Origin: Collodictyon triciliatum
Lineage: Eukaryota
DNA: 50,437 nucleotides
Reading direction: 5' to 3'
Assembly: GCA_043381765.1 (NCBI GenBank)
Contig: JBHJMP010000840.1
Coordinates: 1 to 50,437, forward strand
The position numbers and the translations under genes are program-made. This document shows positions 49,870 to 50,437 of this stretch, one piece after another. The notes under the pieces are model-generated. The model saw only the letters and a list, made by a program, of their open reading frames with translations, had not been told where the DNA came from and did not search any database. Each line of letters begins with the position of its first letter. Position 1 is the first letter of the stretch.

Positions 49870-50437
49870 TTAAGATGCTGGCCTTGGTTCGCTGGCCATC
49901 GCTTGCATGGATGCTACTTGGTGGCCGGGTGGTGGCGAAGTAGTCGGTAATCAGGAATTGCATCCTGCGGTTGGCCTGTAGCCTGGGTCTTGTTCTTGCA
50001 TGAGAGAGACAAGGCGAGGTTGAATCTCTTTCTCAGCCTCTTTCCACATGTCTCTTCTCACAGGGTCGGAGTAGTAGAGAACGTGCGGGTGGCGAAGAAA
50101 GTCATTGAGGAAAGAGATTTGTATGATGTCATCCAACTTATTATCAGGAATGGGTGGCTGGTTGTTGGGTCATGCTTTGTTTGAGTATATGCGCGCTATC
50201 CACATAGTCCATAGCAAATGGCCTTACATCACTGCCCAGAATGTTTTTGCATCTGGATGCAGCTGTTGCAGAGGCCCAAATATCGCCTGGATTGGGCCAA
50301 CAGCCGCAGCCGTCATGAGTGTCAGTCGAAGAATCTCACCGGCTGTTTCGCGCAGGTTTTGAGCGAAGGGACATTGCACAAATGTGTGCTCGATGGATTC
50401 ATCACCGTTGCTGCAAAGTGTGCATTGTTGGGAGACT
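49870..50437 (-). mobile_element. Decayed 3' end of an L1/Tx1-like non-LTR retrotransposon ORF2 (zf-RVT region), truncated by window edge
   Basis: The minus frame reads QQCTLCSNGDESIEHTFVQCPFAQNL ... FWAVM*GHLLWTMWIARI..KA*, which fits the CxxC-x8-H-x4-C and WxxWxxR pattern of LINE ORF2 C-termini. It is intronless and GC-richer, with in-frame stops at 50224-50226 and 50170-50172. Confidence 0.78.

Overview
Intron-rich, AT-rich eukaryotic genomic DNA, probably from a protist (organism not identifiable from this window). It uses the standard genetic code, has GT-AG introns with weak consensus, many long microsatellites and five assembly gaps. Splicing exons by hand gives ten multi-exon genes. 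In order: PARG (+); a tandem-GAF class I cyclic-nucleotide phosphodiesterase (-); a large BIG/GBF-type Sec7 Arf-GEF whose C-terminal half appears to be about five PH/PH-like domains (-); a GT31-fold protein lacking the DxD motif (+); a kinase-less LRR-Roc-COR-PH Roco protein with a degenerate G3 motif (+); a Raw/OLRN-1-like protein with EF-hands and two nucleoside-deoxyribosyltransferase/TIR-like domains (+); MTMR14 (-); a Myb/SANT-like (trihelix-type) DNA-binding protein (+); a carnitine acyltransferase (-); and a PiT/SLC20 phosphate transporter (+). The window ends in the decayed 3' end of an L1/Tx1-like LINE. The most unusual items are the DCB-HUS-Sec7-(PH)x5 architecture, the EF-hand twin-domain Raw-like enzyme candidate, the Roco-PH protein and the probable GT31 pseudoenzyme. 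All gene models and domain calls are manual and unverified by database search or RNA data. Several 5' ends are uncertain.
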